This document shows, in pieces, positions 10,919-23,862 of a stretch of 64,000 bases of DNA. Positions within the stretch are counted from its first letter, which is position 1. Each line of letters opens with the position of its first letter. Where the stretch lies: positions 67,604 to 131,603 of the forward strand of contig DAIRTN010000004.1 in NCBI GenBank assembly GCA_036803865.1, given 5' to 3'. Source of the stretch: Luminiphilus sp. Lineage in GTDB: Bacteria > Pseudomonadota > Gammaproteobacteria > Pseudomonadales > Halieaceae. The translations under genes were made by a program, and so were the position numbers. A model generated the notes under the pieces. The model searched no databases. It was given only the letters and a program-made list of their open reading frames with translations, and had not been told where the DNA came from.

Positions 10919-12142
10919 TTACTCGATAATTTTTGCGACAACGCCGGCGCCGACTGTTCGGCCGCCTTCGCGGATAGCAAAACGCAGTCCGTCTTCCATC
11001 GCAATCGGTGCAATCAACGTAGCAACAATATTCACGTTGTCGCCAGGCATGACCATCTCGACACCCTCAGGTAACTCAACAGCACCCGTTACGTCAGTCG
11101 TACGGAAGTAAAACTGCGGACGGTAGCCCTTGAAGAATGGCGTGTGACGACCACCTTCATCTTTCGACAATACGTAAACTTCCGCCTCAAACGTCGTGTG
11201 CGGCTGTACAGATCCAGGAATAGCCAGTACCTGTCCACGCTCAACGTCATCACGCTTAGTACCACGCAACAACACACCAACGTTCTCGCCCGCACGACCT
11301 TCGTCAAGCAGCTTGCGGAACATCTCAACACCGGTACACGTCGTTCTCTGAGTATCGCGGATACCAATAATCTCGATCTCGTCGCCCACCTTAACAATGC
11401 CTCGCTCAACACGACCGGTTACCACCGTACCGCGACCTGAGATCGAGAACACGTCCTCAACAGGCATCAAGAAAGGCTGGTCAATCGCACGCTCGGGCTC
11501 TGGAATGTAAGTATCCAGTGCCTCTACCAACGCCGCTACTGCAGTAGTACCCAAACCATTCTCATCTTGGCCATTCAACGCCATCAGCGCTGAACCACAG
11601 ATGATCGGCGTATCGTCACCAGGGAAATCGTAGGTATCGAGCAGCTCACGCAGCTCCATTTCAACCAACTCTTTCATCTCTTCGAATTCTTCAGTGTCTA
11701 CACCACCGCAGTCTTCCGCAAGCAAGTCAGCCTTGTTCAAGAAAACAACAATGTAAGGTACACCTACCTGACGTGACAGCAAGATGTGCTCTCGTGTCTG
11801 TGGCATAGGACCATCGGTCGCACCACAAACCAAAATAGCTCCGTCCATCTGCGCCGCACCCGTGATCATGTTCTTCACGTAGTCCGCGTGTCCAGGACAG
11901 TCAACGTGCGCGTAGTGACGAATGCTTGATTCGTACTCAACGTGCGACGTCGCAATCGTGATTCCGCGCTCTCGCTCTTCGGGCGCATTATCAATCCCGT
12001 CAAACGCTACCGCTGTACCACCAAATACTTCCGCGCAAACACGGGTCAACGCCGCTGTCAGCGTCGTCTTACCGTGGTCTACGTGCCCAATCGTTCCCAC
12101 GTTGACGTGGGGCTTCGAACGCTCAAATGATTCCTTTGACAC
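10919..12142 (-). CDS. tufA: Elongation factor Tu, copy downstream of fusA
   Basis: 407 aa with [15 protein letters not shown] and NKAD motifs. It has a GTG start (cac at 12140-12142). The protein is identical to the copy at 27507-28730. Confidence 0.97.
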   Translation of the reverse strand: MSKESFERSKPHVNVGTIGHVDHGKTTLTAALTRVCAEVFGGTAVAFDGIDNAPEERERGITIATSHVEYESSIRHYAHVDCPGHADYVKNMITGAAQMDGAILVCGATDGPMPQTREHILLSRQVGVPYIVVFLNKADLLAEDCGGVDTEEFEEMKELVEMELRELLDTYDFPGDDTPIICGSALMALNGQDENGLGTTAVAALVEALDTYIPEPERAIDQPFLMPVEDVFSISGRGTVVTGRVERGIVKVGDEIEIIGIRDTQRTTCTGVEMFRKLLDEGRAGENVGVLLRGTKRDDVERGQVLAIPGSVQPHTTFEAEVYVLSKDEGGRHTPFFKGYRPQFYFRTTDVTGAVELPEGVEMVMPGDNVNIVATLIAPIAMEDGLRFAIREGGRTVGAGVVAKIIE

Positions 12143-12169
12143 TGTCAGTCCCTCTCGGAATGTAGACGG

Positions 12170-14278
12170 TTAACCCGTCTGGTTTCTTGAAATAAACGCT
12201 TCGGCAACATTACTTGGTGCCTCGGCGTACTTGGAAAACTCCATGGTATAGGTCGCGCGCCCCTGCGTTGCCGAGCGAAGGTCGGTAGCATAACCAAACA
12301 TCTGCGCCAGCGGGACTTCAGCATTTACAATTTTACCGGCGGCGCAATCGTCCATGCCCGATATCAAGCCACGTCGACGATTGAGATCGCCCACCACGTC
12401 ACCCATATTATCTTCAGGGGTTACAACTTCGACCGTCATAATGGGCTCTAAAAGCACAGCACCGCCCACCTCGGATAGCTGCCGGGTGGCGAGACTCGCG
12501 GCAATTTTAAACGCCATTTCATTCGAGTCCACATCGTGGAAAGAGCCATCGTATAGGGTAGCCTTCACACCCAACAACGGATAGCCTGCTAGCACGCCGT
12601 TTTTTATCTGCTCTTCGACACCTTTCTGAATAGCAGGAATATATTCTTTAGGTACAACACCACCAACAATCGCGTTGTGAAACTCTAGACTATCGGCGGT
12701 CTCGTCTTCCGCAGGCTCAAACTTAATCCATACATGCCCATATTGACCACGTCCGCCTGACTGACGGATAAACTTGCCTTCAATATTGACGGTGTTGCGA
12801 ATGCACTCACGGTAGGCCACTTGGGGCTTACCAATGTTTGCCTCAACACTGAACTCGCGACGCATCCGATCCACGATAATATCGAGGTGTAGCTCACCCA
12901 TACCAGAGATAATCGTTTGACCTGTTTCATCGTCCGTCTTAACACGGAACGACGGGTCTTCCTGAGCAAGCTTACCCAACGCCACACCCAACTTTTCCTG
13001 ATCAGCCTGTGAACGCGGTTCGACGGCCACTGAAATGACCGGCTCCGGAAACTCCATACGCTCAAGAATGACGGGTTTATCATATGAGCACAGCGTGTCG
13101 CCGGTCGTGACATCCTTTAAACCAATCGCAGCAGCGATATCGCCGGCCAGCACTTCCTTGATTTCTTCGCGGCTGTTTGAGTGCATCTGCACCATGCGAC
13201 CAACACGTTCTTTTTTGCCTTTTACTGAATTATAGATGGCGCTGCCACTTTCAAGCCGCCCAGAATAAACACGGAAAAACGTGAGCGTACCCACAAAAGG
13301 ATCGGTGGCAATTTTGAAGGCCAGAGCAGAAAAGGGCTCGTCGTCATCGGACCGGCGGCGCACGACCGTCTCGCCATCCATCTCGGTACCTTCGATAGCT
13401 TTCACTTCGACGGGCGACGGCAAGTAATCGACAACCGCGTCCAACATAGCTTGGACACCTTTGTTCTTAAAAGCGGAGCCACCTAGCACCGGCACAATAT
13501 CGCAAGCGAGCGTCCGAGCACGCAGGCCTCGCTTGATTTGCTCTTCGCTGAGATCGCCCTCCTCGAGGTAGGCATCCATCAGTTCATCGTCGGCCTCAGC
13601 GGCAGCTTCAACCATGAACTCCCGCATCACTTCAACCTGCTCAGCGAGCTCGGCGGGCACCTCGTCATACTCAAAGGTCATACCCATATCGGCTTCGTTC
13701 CAATAAATAGCCTTGCGCTTGATAAGGTCAACAACGCCTTTAAAGTCTTCTTCGGAGCCAATGGTCATCTGGATAGGAACTGGAGTGCAGCCTAGCCGAT
13801 CACGCAATTGCTCGACTACGCGCTCAAAGCTTGCACCTGCACGGTCCATCTTGTTGACAAACACCATGCGCGGAACTTCGTACTTGTTGGCTTGGCGCCA
13901 TACGGTCTCGGTCTGCGGCTGAACGCCTGACGAGCCACACAAAACAACAACGGCGCCATCTAATACCCGCAGGGAGCGTTCGACTTCAATCGTGAAATCT
14001 ACGTGCCCAGGGGTATCAATGATATTGATTCGATGCTCGTCGAACTGCTGCGACATACCTGACCAGAAGCAGGTCGTAGCAGCCGAGGTAATAGTGATTC
14101 CTCGCTCCTGCTCCTGCTCCATCCAGTCCATGGTCGCCGCACCATCGTGTACTTCACCGATTTTGTGCGACAAGCCCGTATAAAACAGCACCCGCTCCGT
14201 AGTCGTAGTTTTACCCGCGTCCACATGCGCACAGATGCCGATATTACGATAGCGCTGAATCGGTGTTTTACGAGCCAC
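12170..14278 (-). CDS. fusA: Elongation factor G
   Basis: 702 aa with [12 protein letters not shown] and DTPGHVDF, in str-operon order. Confidence 0.97.
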   Translation of the reverse strand: MARKTPIQRYRNIGICAHVDAGKTTTTERVLFYTGLSHKIGEVHDGAATMDWMEQEQERGITITSAATTCFWSGMSQQFDEHRINIIDTPGHVDFTIEVERSLRVLDGAVVVLCGSSGVQPQTETVWRQANKYEVPRMVFVNKMDRAGASFERVVEQLRDRLGCTPVPIQMTIGSEEDFKGVVDLIKRKAIYWNEADMGMTFEYDEVPAELAEQVEVMREFMVEAAAEADDELMDAYLEEGDLSEEQIKRGLRARTLACDIVPVLGGSAFKNKGVQAMLDAVVDYLPSPVEVKAIEGTEMDGETVVRRRSDDDEPFSALAFKIATDPFVGTLTFFRVYSGRLESGSAIYNSVKGKKERVGRMVQMHSNSREEIKEVLAGDIAAAIGLKDVTTGDTLCSYDKPVILERMEFPEPVISVAVEPRSQADQEKLGVALGKLAQEDPSFRVKTDDETGQTIISGMGELHLDIIVDRMRREFSVEANIGKPQVAYRECIRNTVNIEGKFIRQSGGRGQYGHVWIKFEPAEDETADSLEFHNAIVGGVVPKEYIPAIQKGVEEQIKNGVLAGYPLLGVKATLYDGSFHDVDSNEMAFKIAASLATRQLSEVGGAVLLEPIMTVEVVTPEDNMGDVVGDLNRRRGLISGMDDCAAGKIVNAEVPLAQMFGYATDLRSATQGRATYTMEFSKYAEAPSNVAEAFISRNQTG

Positions 14279-14308
14279 AAAAGTGTCCTCGACGTGCGAA
14301 AAGCACTA

Positions 14309-14779
14309 TTAGAATCGGAAGTGCGAGAACGCCTTGTTGGCTTCGGCCATACGATGAACGTCTTCGCGCTTCTTAACGGCATTACCTTTACCTTGTGCGG
14401 CATCGATAATTTCACCAGCCAAACGCTGACGCATAGATTTCTCGCCACGATTACGGGCGTAATCTACCAACCAACGCATTGACAACGCAGCGCGGCGTGA
14501 AGGACGAACTTCTACTGGGACCTGGTAAGTCGCACCACCAACGCGGCGAGACTTAACCTCAACCATAGGGGCGATGTTTTCTAACGCTTCATCAAATACT
14601 TCGAGAGGATCGCGACTCAAACGCTCTTGAACGAGATCGAGGGCGCCGTATACGATTGATTCGGCGGTGGCTTTTTTACCGCTGATCATCACGTGATTCA
14701 TAAATTTTGCGAGGGTGGTGTTCCCAAACTTGGGATCAGGGATTACTTCACGTTTAGCAACTACGCGTCTTCTTGGCAT
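14309..14779 (-). CDS. rpsG: 30S ribosomal protein S7
   Basis: 156 aa with N-terminus [19 protein letters not shown]. Confidence 0.96.
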   Translation of the reverse strand: MPRRRVVAKREVIPDPKFGNTTLAKFMNHVMISGKKATAESIVYGALDLVQERLSRDPLEVFDEALENIAPMVEVKSRRVGGATYQVPVEVRPSRRAALSMRWLVDYARNRGEKSMRQRLAGEIIDAAQGKGNAVKKREDVHRMAEANKAFSHFRF

Positions 14780-14898
14780 GTCATTACCTTTATATCTTCA
14801 GGGTTATCTGGGCACTCATTATTGGGGCCCAGCCTTACTGTCGGAACGAAACCGACTTGTTATATCAAAGCGGCCGATATTGTCGGCCACTCTGGCTT
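14780..14898 (-). promoter_or_regulatory. rpsL-rpsG intercistronic region with two small hairpins (possible S7 autoregulatory site, by analogy)
   Basis: In the RNA sense it contains GGCCGA-CAATA-TCGGCC and GTCGG-TTTCGTT-CCGAC. In E. coli S7 represses translation at this intercistronic region. The call is by analogy only. Confidence 0.3.
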
Positions 14899-15270
14899 TT
14901 ACTTAGGTCGCTTGGCGCCGTATTTAGAGCGGCCCTTACGGCGATTCGCAACACCGGAAGTATCGAGACTACCGCGCACTGTGTGGTAGCGAACACCTGG
15001 TAAGTCTTTAACACGACCACCACGGATCAATACTACGCTGTGTTCCTGTAGGTTATGGCCCTCACCGCCGATGTACGAAGAAACTTCGAAACCGTTGGTC
15101 AAACGCACACGACATACTTTACGAAGTGCTGAGTTAGGCTTTTTAGGGGTCGTGGTGTAAACGCGTGTGCATACACCGCGACGCTGGGGACAAGCCTGCA
15201 ATGCAGGAACGTCACTCTTCGCTACTTTGCGCTTGCGAGGCTTGCGCACGAGCTGGTTAATTGTTGCCAT
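14899..15270 (-). CDS. rpsL: 30S ribosomal protein S12
   Basis: 123 aa with N-terminus [16 protein letters not shown]. Confidence 0.97.
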   Translation of the reverse strand: MATINQLVRKPRKRKVAKSDVPALQACPQRRGVCTRVYTTTPKKPNSALRKVCRVRLTNGFEVSSYIGGEGHNLQEHSVVLIRGGRVKDLPGVRYHTVRGSLDTSGVANRRKGRSKYGAKRPK

Positions 15271-15306
15271 TCAAAAGCTCCGAAATACTTGAGGGGCATG
15301 AGCCCC

Positions 15307-15340
15307 AAAATAAAAGAGCGCGCATTCTAATGATGCGCGC
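15307..15340 (-). terminator. Rho-independent terminator after rpoC
   Basis: The minus strand reads GCGCGCAT-CATTAGA-ATGCGCGC (8-bp stem) followed by TCTTTTATTTT, about 70 nt downstream of the rpoC stop. Confidence 0.7.
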
Positions 15341-15352
15341 TTCCCGGGTCAA
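15324..15352 (-). promoter_or_regulatory. Candidate sigma70 promoter of the str operon (rpsL)
   Basis: The minus strand reads TTGACC (15352-15347), a 17-nt spacer, then TAGAAT (15329-15324). It overlaps the rpoC terminator hairpin. Confidence 0.45.
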
Positions 15353-15408
15353 CTGGGATTATGACCGGCATTTGGAAAACGTCTCCGCTGCCGGCCACCA
15401 CGAGGCGA

Positions 15409-18400
15409 TTATTCGCTCTCAGCCTCTACCTTTTCCATCTCTTCTGCAAAGCTCTCTTGGAACTCTTCATCGGACATGCCCAAAGCAAGACCCTGACTTT
15501 CCGCCTTACGGCGACGTTCTTCGTGATAGGTCAAACCGGTACCGGCTGGTATTAATCGGCCAACAATCACGTTTTCTTTCAGTCCACGCAAGTAATCGCG
15601 CTTTCCAGTCACTGCAGCCTCGGTCAGGACACGCGTAGTCTCCTGGAACGATGCTGCCGAAATAAAGCTTTCGGTTGCGAGTGACGCTTTAGTAATACCT
15701 AATAGTTCACGATCTGAGGTCGGTGAAATCAGACCTTTTGCTTCGAGGCGTTCGCACTCCTCAAGGAACGCCGTGAACTCAACTTGCTCACCCTTGATGA
15801 ATGTTGACTCGCCAGAGGATGCGATAATCACTTTGCGCAGCATCTGTCGAACAATCACTTCGATGTGCTTGTCGTTGATCTTCACACCCTGAAGGCGATA
15901 AACCTCCTGGATCTCGTTGACGATGTACTTAGCAAGCTCAGCAATACCTTTTAAGCGAAGAATATCGTGAGGGCTCATAGGACCTTCAGATACGATCTCG
16001 CCCTTAGCCACTTGCTCGCCCTCGAAGACTGACAGCTGACGCCACTTAGGAATAAGTTCCTCGTAGTGATCCGAACCATCGGGCAACGTAGAAGAGTCGT
16101 TTGGCGTAATAATCAGGCGACGCTTGCCTTTGGTTTCTTTACCAAAGCTCACAGTACCGGATATTTCAGCCAAGATAGCGGGCTCTTTGGGCTTACGTGC
16201 TTCGAACAAATCGGCAACACGTGGAAGACCACCGGTAATGTCACGCGTCTTTTTACCTTCCTGAGGAATTCGGGCAATAATGTCACCGACCTCAACGCGA
16301 GCCCCATCTTCGAGGTTCACCATGGCCATAGCAGGCAGGAAGTAGTGCGCTGGCACGTTGGTACCTGCTAGCGTCAGCTCGTTCCCTTTATCATCTACCA
16401 GTGTAACGCCTGCGCGAATATCTTTACCCGCTGCAGGGCGCTCACCCGCCTCCATCACCGAGATGCTCGATAGGCCAGTAAATTCATCCGTTTGACGCTT
16501 AATCGTTACGCCTTCTTCCATACCGCTGAACTTCACGGTACCGGCAACTTCAGTAATAATTGGGTGCGTGTGTGGATCCCAGTTCGCAACAACGTCGCCT
16601 GCGGAAACCTCGGCTTCGTCGCGAACCTTAATAACCGCACCGTAAGGCACTTTATAGCGCTCACGTTCACGACCAACGGCATCGAGGATCGACAGCTCGC
16701 CTGAACGCGACACCGCGACCAGTGATCCGTCAGGACGGTCAACCACTTTAATGTTGTGCAACTTAACAACACCGTCGGAGTTCACCTGAATATTGTCCTG
16801 TGCCGCTTGGCCAGAAGCCGCCCCACCGATGTGGAACGTACGCATAGTCAGCTGTGTACCTGGCTCACCAATCGACTGGGCCGCCACAACGCCAATGGCT
16901 TCGCCCATATTCACCTGGTGTCCACGACCGAGGTCTCGGCCATAACACGTAGAGCAAATACCGTAGCGAGTCTTACAGGTGATGGGTGAACGAACTTGGA
17001 CCTCATCGATACCTAATTCTTCTAGACGCTCGCTCCAGACTTCGTCAACCATCGTGCCCGCTTCAAGCAGCACCTCATCGGAGCCCGGCTTGACAACATC
17101 TTTAGCAACAATTCGACCCAGTACTCGGTCAGACAGTGTCTCAATAATATCGCCACCATCGATAACCGGCGTCATTAATAGGCCGGCGTCAGTACCGCAA
17201 TCCTGCTCAACAACCACCACGTCCTGCGCAACATCGACTAAACGACGAGTCAAGTAACCGGAGTTAGCTGTCTTTAGGGCAGTATCCGCTAGACCTTTAC
17301 GTGCACCGTGAGTCGAGATGAAATACTGAAGAACGTTCAAGCCTTCACGGAAGTTGGCGACAATAGGTGTCTCAATAATGGAACCGTCTGGTTTGGCCAT
17401 CAAGCCACGCATACCGGCCAACTGACGAATCTGAGCGGGTGAACCACGCGCACCAGAATCGGCATACATGTAGACGGAGTTGAAAGAGTCTTGCTCTTCC
17501 TCTTCGCCGTTACGGTTAATAACCATATCTTTGGAGAGGTTAGCCATCATGGATTTCGACACTTGGTCGTTCGTGCGTGACCAGATATCGATAACCTTGT
17601 TGTACTTCTCGCCTTGCGTGACTAAACCAGCTGCGTATTGCTGCTCAATCTCTTTCACTTCATCGTAGGCTTTCTCTACTAACTCAGCTTTTTCTTCGGG
17701 AATTTCAAAATCGTTAACACCGATTGATGAACCTGACTTCGTGGAATACTCATAGCCGGTGTACATCAATTGGTCAGCGAAGATAACCGTCGCCTTCAAA
17801 CCGACGATGCGGTAACAATGGTTAATAACCTTAGAGATGGCTTTCTTAACCATGTTCCTGTTGATCATGTCATAGGACATACCCTCAGGCACGATTTCCC
17901 ACAGCAGCGCACGACCCACAGTTGTATCAACAATCCGTGTTTGGACCGTAGTCTCTTCGTCGTAGCTGGCAACGGTCTCTTTCACGCGCAATTTGATACG
18001 CGCCTGAAGATGGACCTGACCCGACGCATAGGCGCGCTGCACCTCGGTTGGGTCAGCAAAGATCATGCCTTCGCCTTTGACGTTGATTCGCTCACGCGTC
18101 ATGAAGTACAGGCCGAGGACCACGTCTTGCGACGGTACAATAATCGGATCGCCCGACGCGGGTGACAGAATATTGTTAGTCGACATCATTAGGGCACGCG
18201 CTTCAAGCTGCGCCTCAATGGTTAACGGCACGTGGACCGCCATTTGGTCGCCATCGAAGTCGGCGTTGTAGGCCGCGCAAACCAGTGGGTGCAACTGAAT
18301 AGCCTTGCCTTCAATCAGCACTGGCTCAAACGCCTGAATACCGAGACGGTGCAATGTTGGCGCACGGTTCAGAAGTACAGGGTGCTCGCGAATAACCTCC

Positions 18401-19635
18401 GCGAGAATATCCCAGACCTCTGGCGGCTCTCGCTCAACCATCTTCTTGGCAGCTTTAATAGTACTCGCAAGACCGCGATGCTCGAGCTTACCGAAAATAA
18501 ACGGCTTGAACAGTTCAAGAGCCATTTTCTTGGGCAAACCACATTGATGCAGCTTCAAAGTAGGACCGGTTACAATTACCGAACGACCGGAGTAATCAAC
18601 ACGCTTACCGAGCAGGTTCTGACGGAAACGACCTTGCTTACCTTTAATCATGTCGGCAAGCGATTTCAGCGGGCGCTTATTAGAACCCGTGATCGCACGA
18701 CCGCGACGGCCGTTATCTAACAGCGCATCAACTGATTCCTGCAGCATACGCTTTTCATTGCGCACGATAATATCAGGTGCATTTAAGTCAAGCAGCCGCT
18801 TTAAACGGTTGTTCCGGTTAATGACACGACGATACAAATCATTGAGATCTGAAGTGGCAAAACGACCACCATCGAGCGGTACGAGAGGCCGCAAATCAGG
18901 CGGTAATACGGGAAGTGCTTTAAGCACCATCCACTCAGGCCTGTTACCCGATCGTGCAAAAGCTTCCAGCAGCTTCAACCGCTTAGAGAGCTTCTTGATC
19001 TTGGTCTCAGAGTTAGTCGCTGGAATCTCTTCGCGCAGTCGCTCCACCTCGACAGGGACGTCGATCTGCATCATCAGATCTTGGATCGCCTCAGCACCCA
19101 TCTTGGCAGTGAATTCGTCACCGAACTCTTCCATTGCCTCATAGTACTGCTCGTCATTGAGCAGCTGACCTTGATCCAGCGTCGACAAACCAGGATCTGT
19201 CACTACGTATGATTCGAAGTAGAGAATCCGCTCGATATCTCGAAGAGTCATATCCAGCAATAAGCCAATACGCGAGGGCAATGACTTCAAAAACCAGATG
19301 TGCGCTACGGGGCTGGCGAGTTCGATGTGGCCCATGCGCTCACGACGCACTTTCGCCAATGCGACTTCAACACCACACTTTTCACAAATAACACCACGGT
19401 GCTTGAGACGCTTGTACTTGCCACAAAGACATTCATAGTCCTTTGCAGGACCGAAAATCTTCGCACAAAACAAACCATCACGTTCGGGCTTAAATGTCCG
19501 ATAGTTAATGGTTTCAGGCTTTTTAACTTCACCGTACGACCAAGACCGGATCATGTCGGGCGATGCAAGACCAATGCGAATCGCATCAAAGTCTTCGTTT
19601 TTCTCCCTGCTGAGCAGGTTCAACAAATCTTTCAT
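15409..19635 (-). CDS. rpoC: DNA-directed RNA polymerase subunit beta'
   Basis: 1408 aa with the NADFDGD catalytic motif ([14 protein letters not shown]) and N-terminal zinc cysteines. Confidence 0.98.
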   Translation of the reverse strand: MKDLLNLLSREKNEDFDAIRIGLASPDMIRSWSYGEVKKPETINYRTFKPERDGLFCAKIFGPAKDYECLCGKYKRLKHRGVICEKCGVEVALAKVRRERMGHIELASPVAHIWFLKSLPSRIGLLLDMTLRDIERILYFESYVVTDPGLSTLDQGQLLNDEQYYEAMEEFGDEFTAKMGAEAIQDLMMQIDVPVEVERLREEIPATNSETKIKKLSKRLKLLEAFARSGNRPEWMVLKALPVLPPDLRPLVPLDGGRFATSDLNDLYRRVINRNNRLKRLLDLNAPDIIVRNEKRMLQESVDALLDNGRRGRAITGSNKRPLKSLADMIKGKQGRFRQNLLGKRVDYSGRSVIVTGPTLKLHQCGLPKKMALELFKPFIFGKLEHRGLASTIKAAKKMVEREPPEVWDILAEVIREHPVLLNRAPTLHRLGIQAFEPVLIEGKAIQLHPLVCAAYNADFDGDQMAVHVPLTIEAQLEARALMMSTNNILSPASGDPIIVPSQDVVLGLYFMTRERINVKGEGMIFADPTEVQRAYASGQVHLQARIKLRVKETVASYDEETTVQTRIVDTTVGRALLWEIVPEGMSYDMINRNMVKKAISKVINHCYRIVGLKATVIFADQLMYTGYEYSTKSGSSIGVNDFEIPEEKAELVEKAYDEVKEIEQQYAAGLVTQGEKYNKVIDIWSRTNDQVSKSMMANLSKDMVINRNGEEEEQDSFNSVYMYADSGARGSPAQIRQLAGMRGLMAKPDGSIIETPIVANFREGLNVLQYFISTHGARKGLADTALKTANSGYLTRRLVDVAQDVVVVEQDCGTDAGLLMTPVIDGGDIIETLSDRVLGRIVAKDVVKPGSDEVLLEAGTMVDEVWSERLEELGIDEVQVRSPITCKTRYGICSTCYGRDLGRGHQVNMGEAIGVVAAQSIGEPGTQLTMRTFHIGGAASGQAAQDNIQVNSDGVVKLHNIKVVDRPDGSLVAVSRSGELSILDAVGRERERYKVPYGAVIKVRDEAEVSAGDVVANWDPHTHPIITEVAGTVKFSGMEEGVTIKRQTDEFTGLSSISVMEAGERPAAGKDIRAGVTLVDDKGNELTLAGTNVPAHYFLPAMAMVNLEDGARVEVGDIIARIPQEGKKTRDITGGLPRVADLFEARKPKEPAILAEISGTVSFGKETKGKRRLIITPNDSSTLPDGSDHYEELIPKWRQLSVFEGEQVAKGEIVSEGPMSPHDILRLKGIAELAKYIVNEIQEVYRLQGVKINDKHIEVIVRQMLRKVIIASSGESTFIKGEQVEFTAFLEECERLEAKGLISPTSDRELLGITKASLATESFISAASFQETTRVLTEAAVTGKRDYLRGLKENVIVGRLIPAGTGLTYHEERRRKAESQGLALGMSDEEFQESFAEEMEKVEAESE

Positions 19636-19647
19636 GTCTTAATCCCC

Positions 19648-22600
19648 TTAGAAGCCTTCAGACTCAGTCTCGAGATCAATATCGATACCGAGTGAGCGGA
19701 TTTCCTTGATCAACACGTTGAACGACTCGGGCATGCCCGGCTCCATACGGTGATCACCATCAACGATGTTCTTGTACATTTTGGTACGCCCAGCCACATC
19801 GTCAGACTTAACGGTTAACATTTCCTGCAGGGTATACGCGGCACCGTAGGCTTCAAGCGCCCACACTTCCATCTCACCGAATCGCTGCCCACCGAATTGT
19901 GCTTTACCACCCAGCGGCTGCTGAGTGACCAAGCTGTAAGAACCCGTTGAACGCGCATGCATCTTGTCATCAACCAAGTGGTTGAGTTTCAACATGTACA
20001 TGTAGCCCACTGTCACAGGACGCAGGAATGCATCACCGGTACGGCCATCGTACAACTGAAGCTGCCCGCTATCTGGGATATCCGCCAAGCGAAGTAGATC
20101 CTTGATGGACTCTTCTTTAGCGCCATCGAAGACTGGGGTTGCCATCGGCACACCCTTTCGCAAGTTGTGTGCGAGCTCGAGAATCTCTTCATCGGTCAAG
20201 GAGTCGATGTTCTCATCGCGACGAGAATCGCTGGCATGGGAGTAAATTTCTTTCAAGAAATTACGCAACTGCGAAATCTTCGCCTGCTGCTCCAACATGT
20301 CATTGATTTTAACGCCAAGCCCGCGTGCAGCCATACCCAGGTGAGTTTCCAAAATCTGACCAACGTTCATTCGCGAAGGCACGCCCAGCGGGTTAAGAAC
20401 GATATCGACCGGCTCACCACGCTCATCAAAGGGCATGTCTTCCACCGGCATGATCACAGAGATAACACCTTTGTTACCGTGACGGCCAGCCATCTTGTCG
20501 CCTGGCTGAATACGGCGCTTAACAGCGAGGTAGACCTTGACGATCTTGAGTACACCAGGCGCGAGGTCGTCACCACTTTGAAGCTTGTCTTTCTTGATCT
20601 CAAAGCGCTCTTCGAGCTGCTTGTTCTGCTCTTCAAGCAGTCGCTCAGCAGACACTATTTGCTCGTTGAGGTCAGCATCAGCAAGCTTAAGCTTGAACCA
20701 CTGCTCACGATCCAAATTAGCAAGAACGTCATCGGTAAGCGCAGTGCCTTTAGGCAAGCCGCCGCCGCTAACGGTCTTCTGACCGGTGATCAGCTGTGCT
20801 AGACGCGCATACGTCGCTTCTTCATAGATACGGTATTCTTCGCGCAAATCCTTGCGATAATCCGAAAGCTGCGCTGTCTCAATCTGCTTGGCACGAGGAT
20901 CCTTCTCGAGTCCGTCGCGCGTGAAGACTTGGACGTCGATAACCGTGCCTTTGTAGCTCGAACCCACACGCAGCGATGCGTCTTTAACATCAGAAGCCTT
21001 TTCACCAAAGATGGCACGCAATAGCTTCTCTTCAGGAGTAAGCTGGGTTTCGCCTTTAGGCTGAACCTTGCCTACCAAGATATCGCCGGCATCCACTTCC
21101 GCACCGATATAAACAATTCCGGACTCATCAAGCTTACTTAGAGCACCTTCACCAACATTGGGAATATCCGAGGTAATTTCCTCAGGCCCAAGCTTAGTAT
21201 CACGTGCAATACAGGTGAGCTCCTGAATATGAATAGACGTGAAACGATCTTCTTGAACCACGCGTTCAGACACTAAAATGGAGTCTTCGAAGTTGTAGCC
21301 GTTCCAAGGCATAAAGCCGATACGCATATTCTGGCCCAGCGCCAGCTCACCAAGATCCACGGAAGGACCGTCGGCCAAAATGTCACCACGAGCAATGATA
21401 TCGCCCTGTTTAACAATGGGTCGCTGATTGATGCACGTATTTTGGTTCGAACGCTTGTACTTGGTCAGGTTGTAAATATCGACCGGCGCCTCGTCGGGGC
21501 CAACGCTATCGGCGTTCACCCGAACAACGATGCGACTCGCGTCGACAGAGTCGATAACACCATCACGATGCGCAACAATACACACACCCGAATCGGCGGC
21601 GACGTGGCGCTCCATTCCAGTGCCCACAAGCGGCTTATCAGCTCGCAAGGTAGGTACCGCCTGACGCTGCATGTTCGATCCCATCAGAGCACGGTTAGCA
21701 TCATCGTGCTCAAGGAACGGAATCAACGACGCAGCAATAGACACAACCTGCTTCGCCGATACATCCATGTAATCAACTTCAGAAGCTGGCTTAATCGTGA
21801 ATTCGTTCATATGACGAACGTTAATGAGATCATCAACAAAGCGATTTTTGTTATCAAGCGTCGCTGAAGCCTGAGCAATAACATGTTCGGCCTCGTTGAT
21901 CGCCGATAGATATTCGATGTCTTCAGTCACTACGCCATTAACAACTTTGCGATAGGGTGACTCAAGGAATCCGTAGTCGTTGGTACGCGCATACGCCGCC
22001 AATGAGTTAATCAAACCAATGTTTGGACCTTCAGGAGTCTCGATAGGACAAACGCGACCATAATGAGTCGGGTGTACGTCACGAACTTCGAAACCAGCAC
22101 GTTCACGCGTTAAGCCACCGGGGCCGAGAGCAGAAACACGCCGCTTGTGAGTCACTTCAGACAGGGGATTGTTCTGATCCATGAACTGTGACAATTGACT
22201 TGAACCAAAGAACTCTTTCACAGCCGCCGAAACGGGCTTCGCGTTAATCAAGTCCTGCGGCATGAGACCTTCACTCTCCGCCATAGACAAACGCTCTTTT
22301 ACTGCACGCTCGACACGAACTAAACCTACGCGGAATTGGTTTTCGGCCATCTCGCCAACCGAACGGATACGTCGGTTACCCAGGTGGTCAATGTCATCCA
22401 CAATACCTTTACCGTTACGAATAGAAACCAGCGATTTCAGAACATCGACGATATCTTCGCGATCAAGCGTGCCGCTGCCTACCGAGCTATCGCGACCCAA
22501 ACGACGGTTGAACTTCATCCGGCCAACGGCAGACAGGTCGTATCGATCAGCAGAGAAGAACAGGTTTTGAAAGAGGTTCTCCGCCGATTCTTTCGTTGGC

Positions 22601-23739
22601 GGCTCGCCTGGTCGCATCATGCGGTAAATCTCAACCAAGGCTTCTAGCTCGTTGCGCGTAGAATCTTGGGCCAGTGTGTCGGACACGAACGGACCACAAT
22701 CGATTTCGTTGGTATACAGCGTCTCGACAGACTCGACACCCTTCTCGCGGAACTGAACGATAAGCTCTTCGGTAATTTCCGTGTTGCACTCAACGATCAA
22801 CTCACCCGTAGCCGTATCGATAACATTTTTCGCTAACCGACGACCCAATAGGTACTCTTCAGGAACTTCAAGGAACTTGACACCAGCATCATCGAGCTGA
22901 CGAATGTGACGCGCAGTGATTCGACGTCCGCGCTCGACGATCAAATCGTCCCCCGCCATAATATCGAACGCTGCCATGTCGCCCTGCAAACGCTTAGGCA
23001 CCAGTCCCATCATCACTGACTGCTCTTCACCCAGCTGGAAAGCGGTAGTGTCGAAGAACATTCCAAGGATTTCTTCGCTGTCATAACCGAGCGCCCGCAA
23101 CAGAACGGTGGCTGGCAGCTTACGACGACGATCGATTCGGGCGTATACCATATCCTTGGCATCGAACTCGAAGTCGAGCCATGAACCACGGTAAGGAATC
23201 ACACGTGCAGAATAAAGGAGCTTGCCAGAAGAGTGGGTCTTACCTTTGTCGTGATCAAAGAAGACGCCCGGCGAGCGATGTAACTGAGATACGATGACGC
23301 GCTCGGTACCGTTGATAACAAAGGTACCGTTATCGGTCATTAGGGGAATCTCCCCCATGTAGACGTCCTGCTCTTTAATATCCTTGATGGACTTTGTAGA
23401 GGAGTCTTTATCGTAAATAATCAAGCGTACTTTAACGCGCAGTGGGCATGCATAGGTCGTACCACGCAATACGCACTCATCAACGTCAAAACCAGGCTTG
23501 CCCAGCGAGTAGTCAACGTACTCTAATGCTGCGCTGCCACTGTAGCTAGCAATAGGAAAGACGGACTTGAAAGCTGCGTGCAGACCATATTCGCCGCGCT
23601 CTTCAACTTTTATGCCTTCCTGGGTAAATTTCCGGTAGGAGTCCAACTGGATCGCGAGCAGATATGGGATATCCATAACCTTCTCAAGCGAACCGAAATC
23701 TTTACGGATGCGTTTCTTCTCAGTATACGAGTAAGCCAT
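19648..23739 (-). CDS. rpoB: DNA-directed RNA polymerase subunit beta
   Basis: The tracked ORF begins at a TTG (23742). The ATG at 23739 gives [16 protein letters not shown], with GGGGAG 5 nt upstream. 1363 aa. Confidence 0.98.
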   Translation of the reverse strand: MAYSYTEKKRIRKDFGSLEKVMDIPYLLAIQLDSYRKFTQEGIKVEERGEYGLHAAFKSVFPIASYSGSAALEYVDYSLGKPGFDVDECVLRGTTYACPLRVKVRLIIYDKDSSTKSIKDIKEQDVYMGEIPLMTDNGTFVINGTERVIVSQLHRSPGVFFDHDKGKTHSSGKLLYSARVIPYRGSWLDFEFDAKDMVYARIDRRRKLPATVLLRALGYDSEEILGMFFDTTAFQLGEEQSVMMGLVPKRLQGDMAAFDIMAGDDLIVERGRRITARHIRQLDDAGVKFLEVPEEYLLGRRLAKNVIDTATGELIVECNTEITEELIVQFREKGVESVETLYTNEIDCGPFVSDTLAQDSTRNELEALVEIYRMMRPGEPPTKESAENLFQNLFFSADRYDLSAVGRMKFNRRLGRDSSVGSGTLDREDIVDVLKSLVSIRNGKGIVDDIDHLGNRRIRSVGEMAENQFRVGLVRVERAVKERLSMAESEGLMPQDLINAKPVSAAVKEFFGSSQLSQFMDQNNPLSEVTHKRRVSALGPGGLTRERAGFEVRDVHPTHYGRVCPIETPEGPNIGLINSLAAYARTNDYGFLESPYRKVVNGVVTEDIEYLSAINEAEHVIAQASATLDNKNRFVDDLINVRHMNEFTIKPASEVDYMDVSAKQVVSIAASLIPFLEHDDANRALMGSNMQRQAVPTLRADKPLVGTGMERHVAADSGVCIVAHRDGVIDSVDASRIVVRVNADSVGPDEAPVDIYNLTKYKRSNQNTCINQRPIVKQGDIIARGDILADGPSVDLGELALGQNMRIGFMPWNGYNFEDSILVSERVVQEDRFTSIHIQELTCIARDTKLGPEEITSDIPNVGEGALSKLDESGIVYIGAEVDAGDILVGKVQPKGETQLTPEEKLLRAIFGEKASDVKDASLRVGSSYKGTVIDVQVFTRDGLEKDPRAKQIETAQLSDYRKDLREEYRIYEEATYARLAQLITGQKTVSGGGLPKGTALTDDVLANLDREQWFKLKLADADLNEQIVSAERLLEEQNKQLEERFEIKKDKLQSGDDLAPGVLKIVKVYLAVKRRIQPGDKMAGRHGNKGVISVIMPVEDMPFDERGEPVDIVLNPLGVPSRMNVGQILETHLGMAARGLGVKINDMLEQQAKISQLRNFLKEIYSHASDSRRDENIDSLTDEEILELAHNLRKGVPMATPVFDGAKEESIKDLLRLADIPDSGQLQLYDGRTGDAFLRPVTVGYMYMLKLNHLVDDKMHARSTGSYSLVTQQPLGGKAQFGGQRFGEMEVWALEAYGAAYTLQEMLTVKSDDVAGRTKMYKNIVDGDHRMEPGMPESFNVLIKEIRSLGIDIDLETESEGF

Positions 23740-23803
23740 CAATACTCCCCAGCGTGTCGTTATCGGGCGTCCCCGACCTTATCCGGCTGCTAAACCGGGA
23801 AAG

Positions 23804-23853
23804 GGCCGGAGCGCATTTGCGCTCCAGCCCAGCGATGCCCGAGTACCTCGGGC
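23804..23853 (-). promoter_or_regulatory. rplL-rpoB intergenic hairpins (attenuator-like)
   Basis: In the RNA sense it reads GCCCGAG-GTA-CTCGGGC, then GGCTGGAGCGC-AAAT-GCGCTCCGGCC followed by CTTTCCCGGTTT. E. coli has a partial terminator at this position. Confidence 0.5.
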
Positions 23854-23862
23854 CCAAGAAGC

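Noticed and set aside
20167-20802. Long ORFs antisense to highly expressed genes. Examples: 211 aa opposite rpoB; 18232-18720 and 18650-19144 opposite rpoC; 44775-45464 (229 aa) opposite ribBA; 23906-24418 opposite rplL/rplJ; 8667-9260 opposite rplW/rplD.
   Set aside because: They lie entirely inside well-supported conserved genes on the other strand. Their translations are low-complexity (Ser/Thr/Arg/Ala-rich) and they have no SD or recognisable motifs. They are typical shadow ORFs of codon-biased genes.
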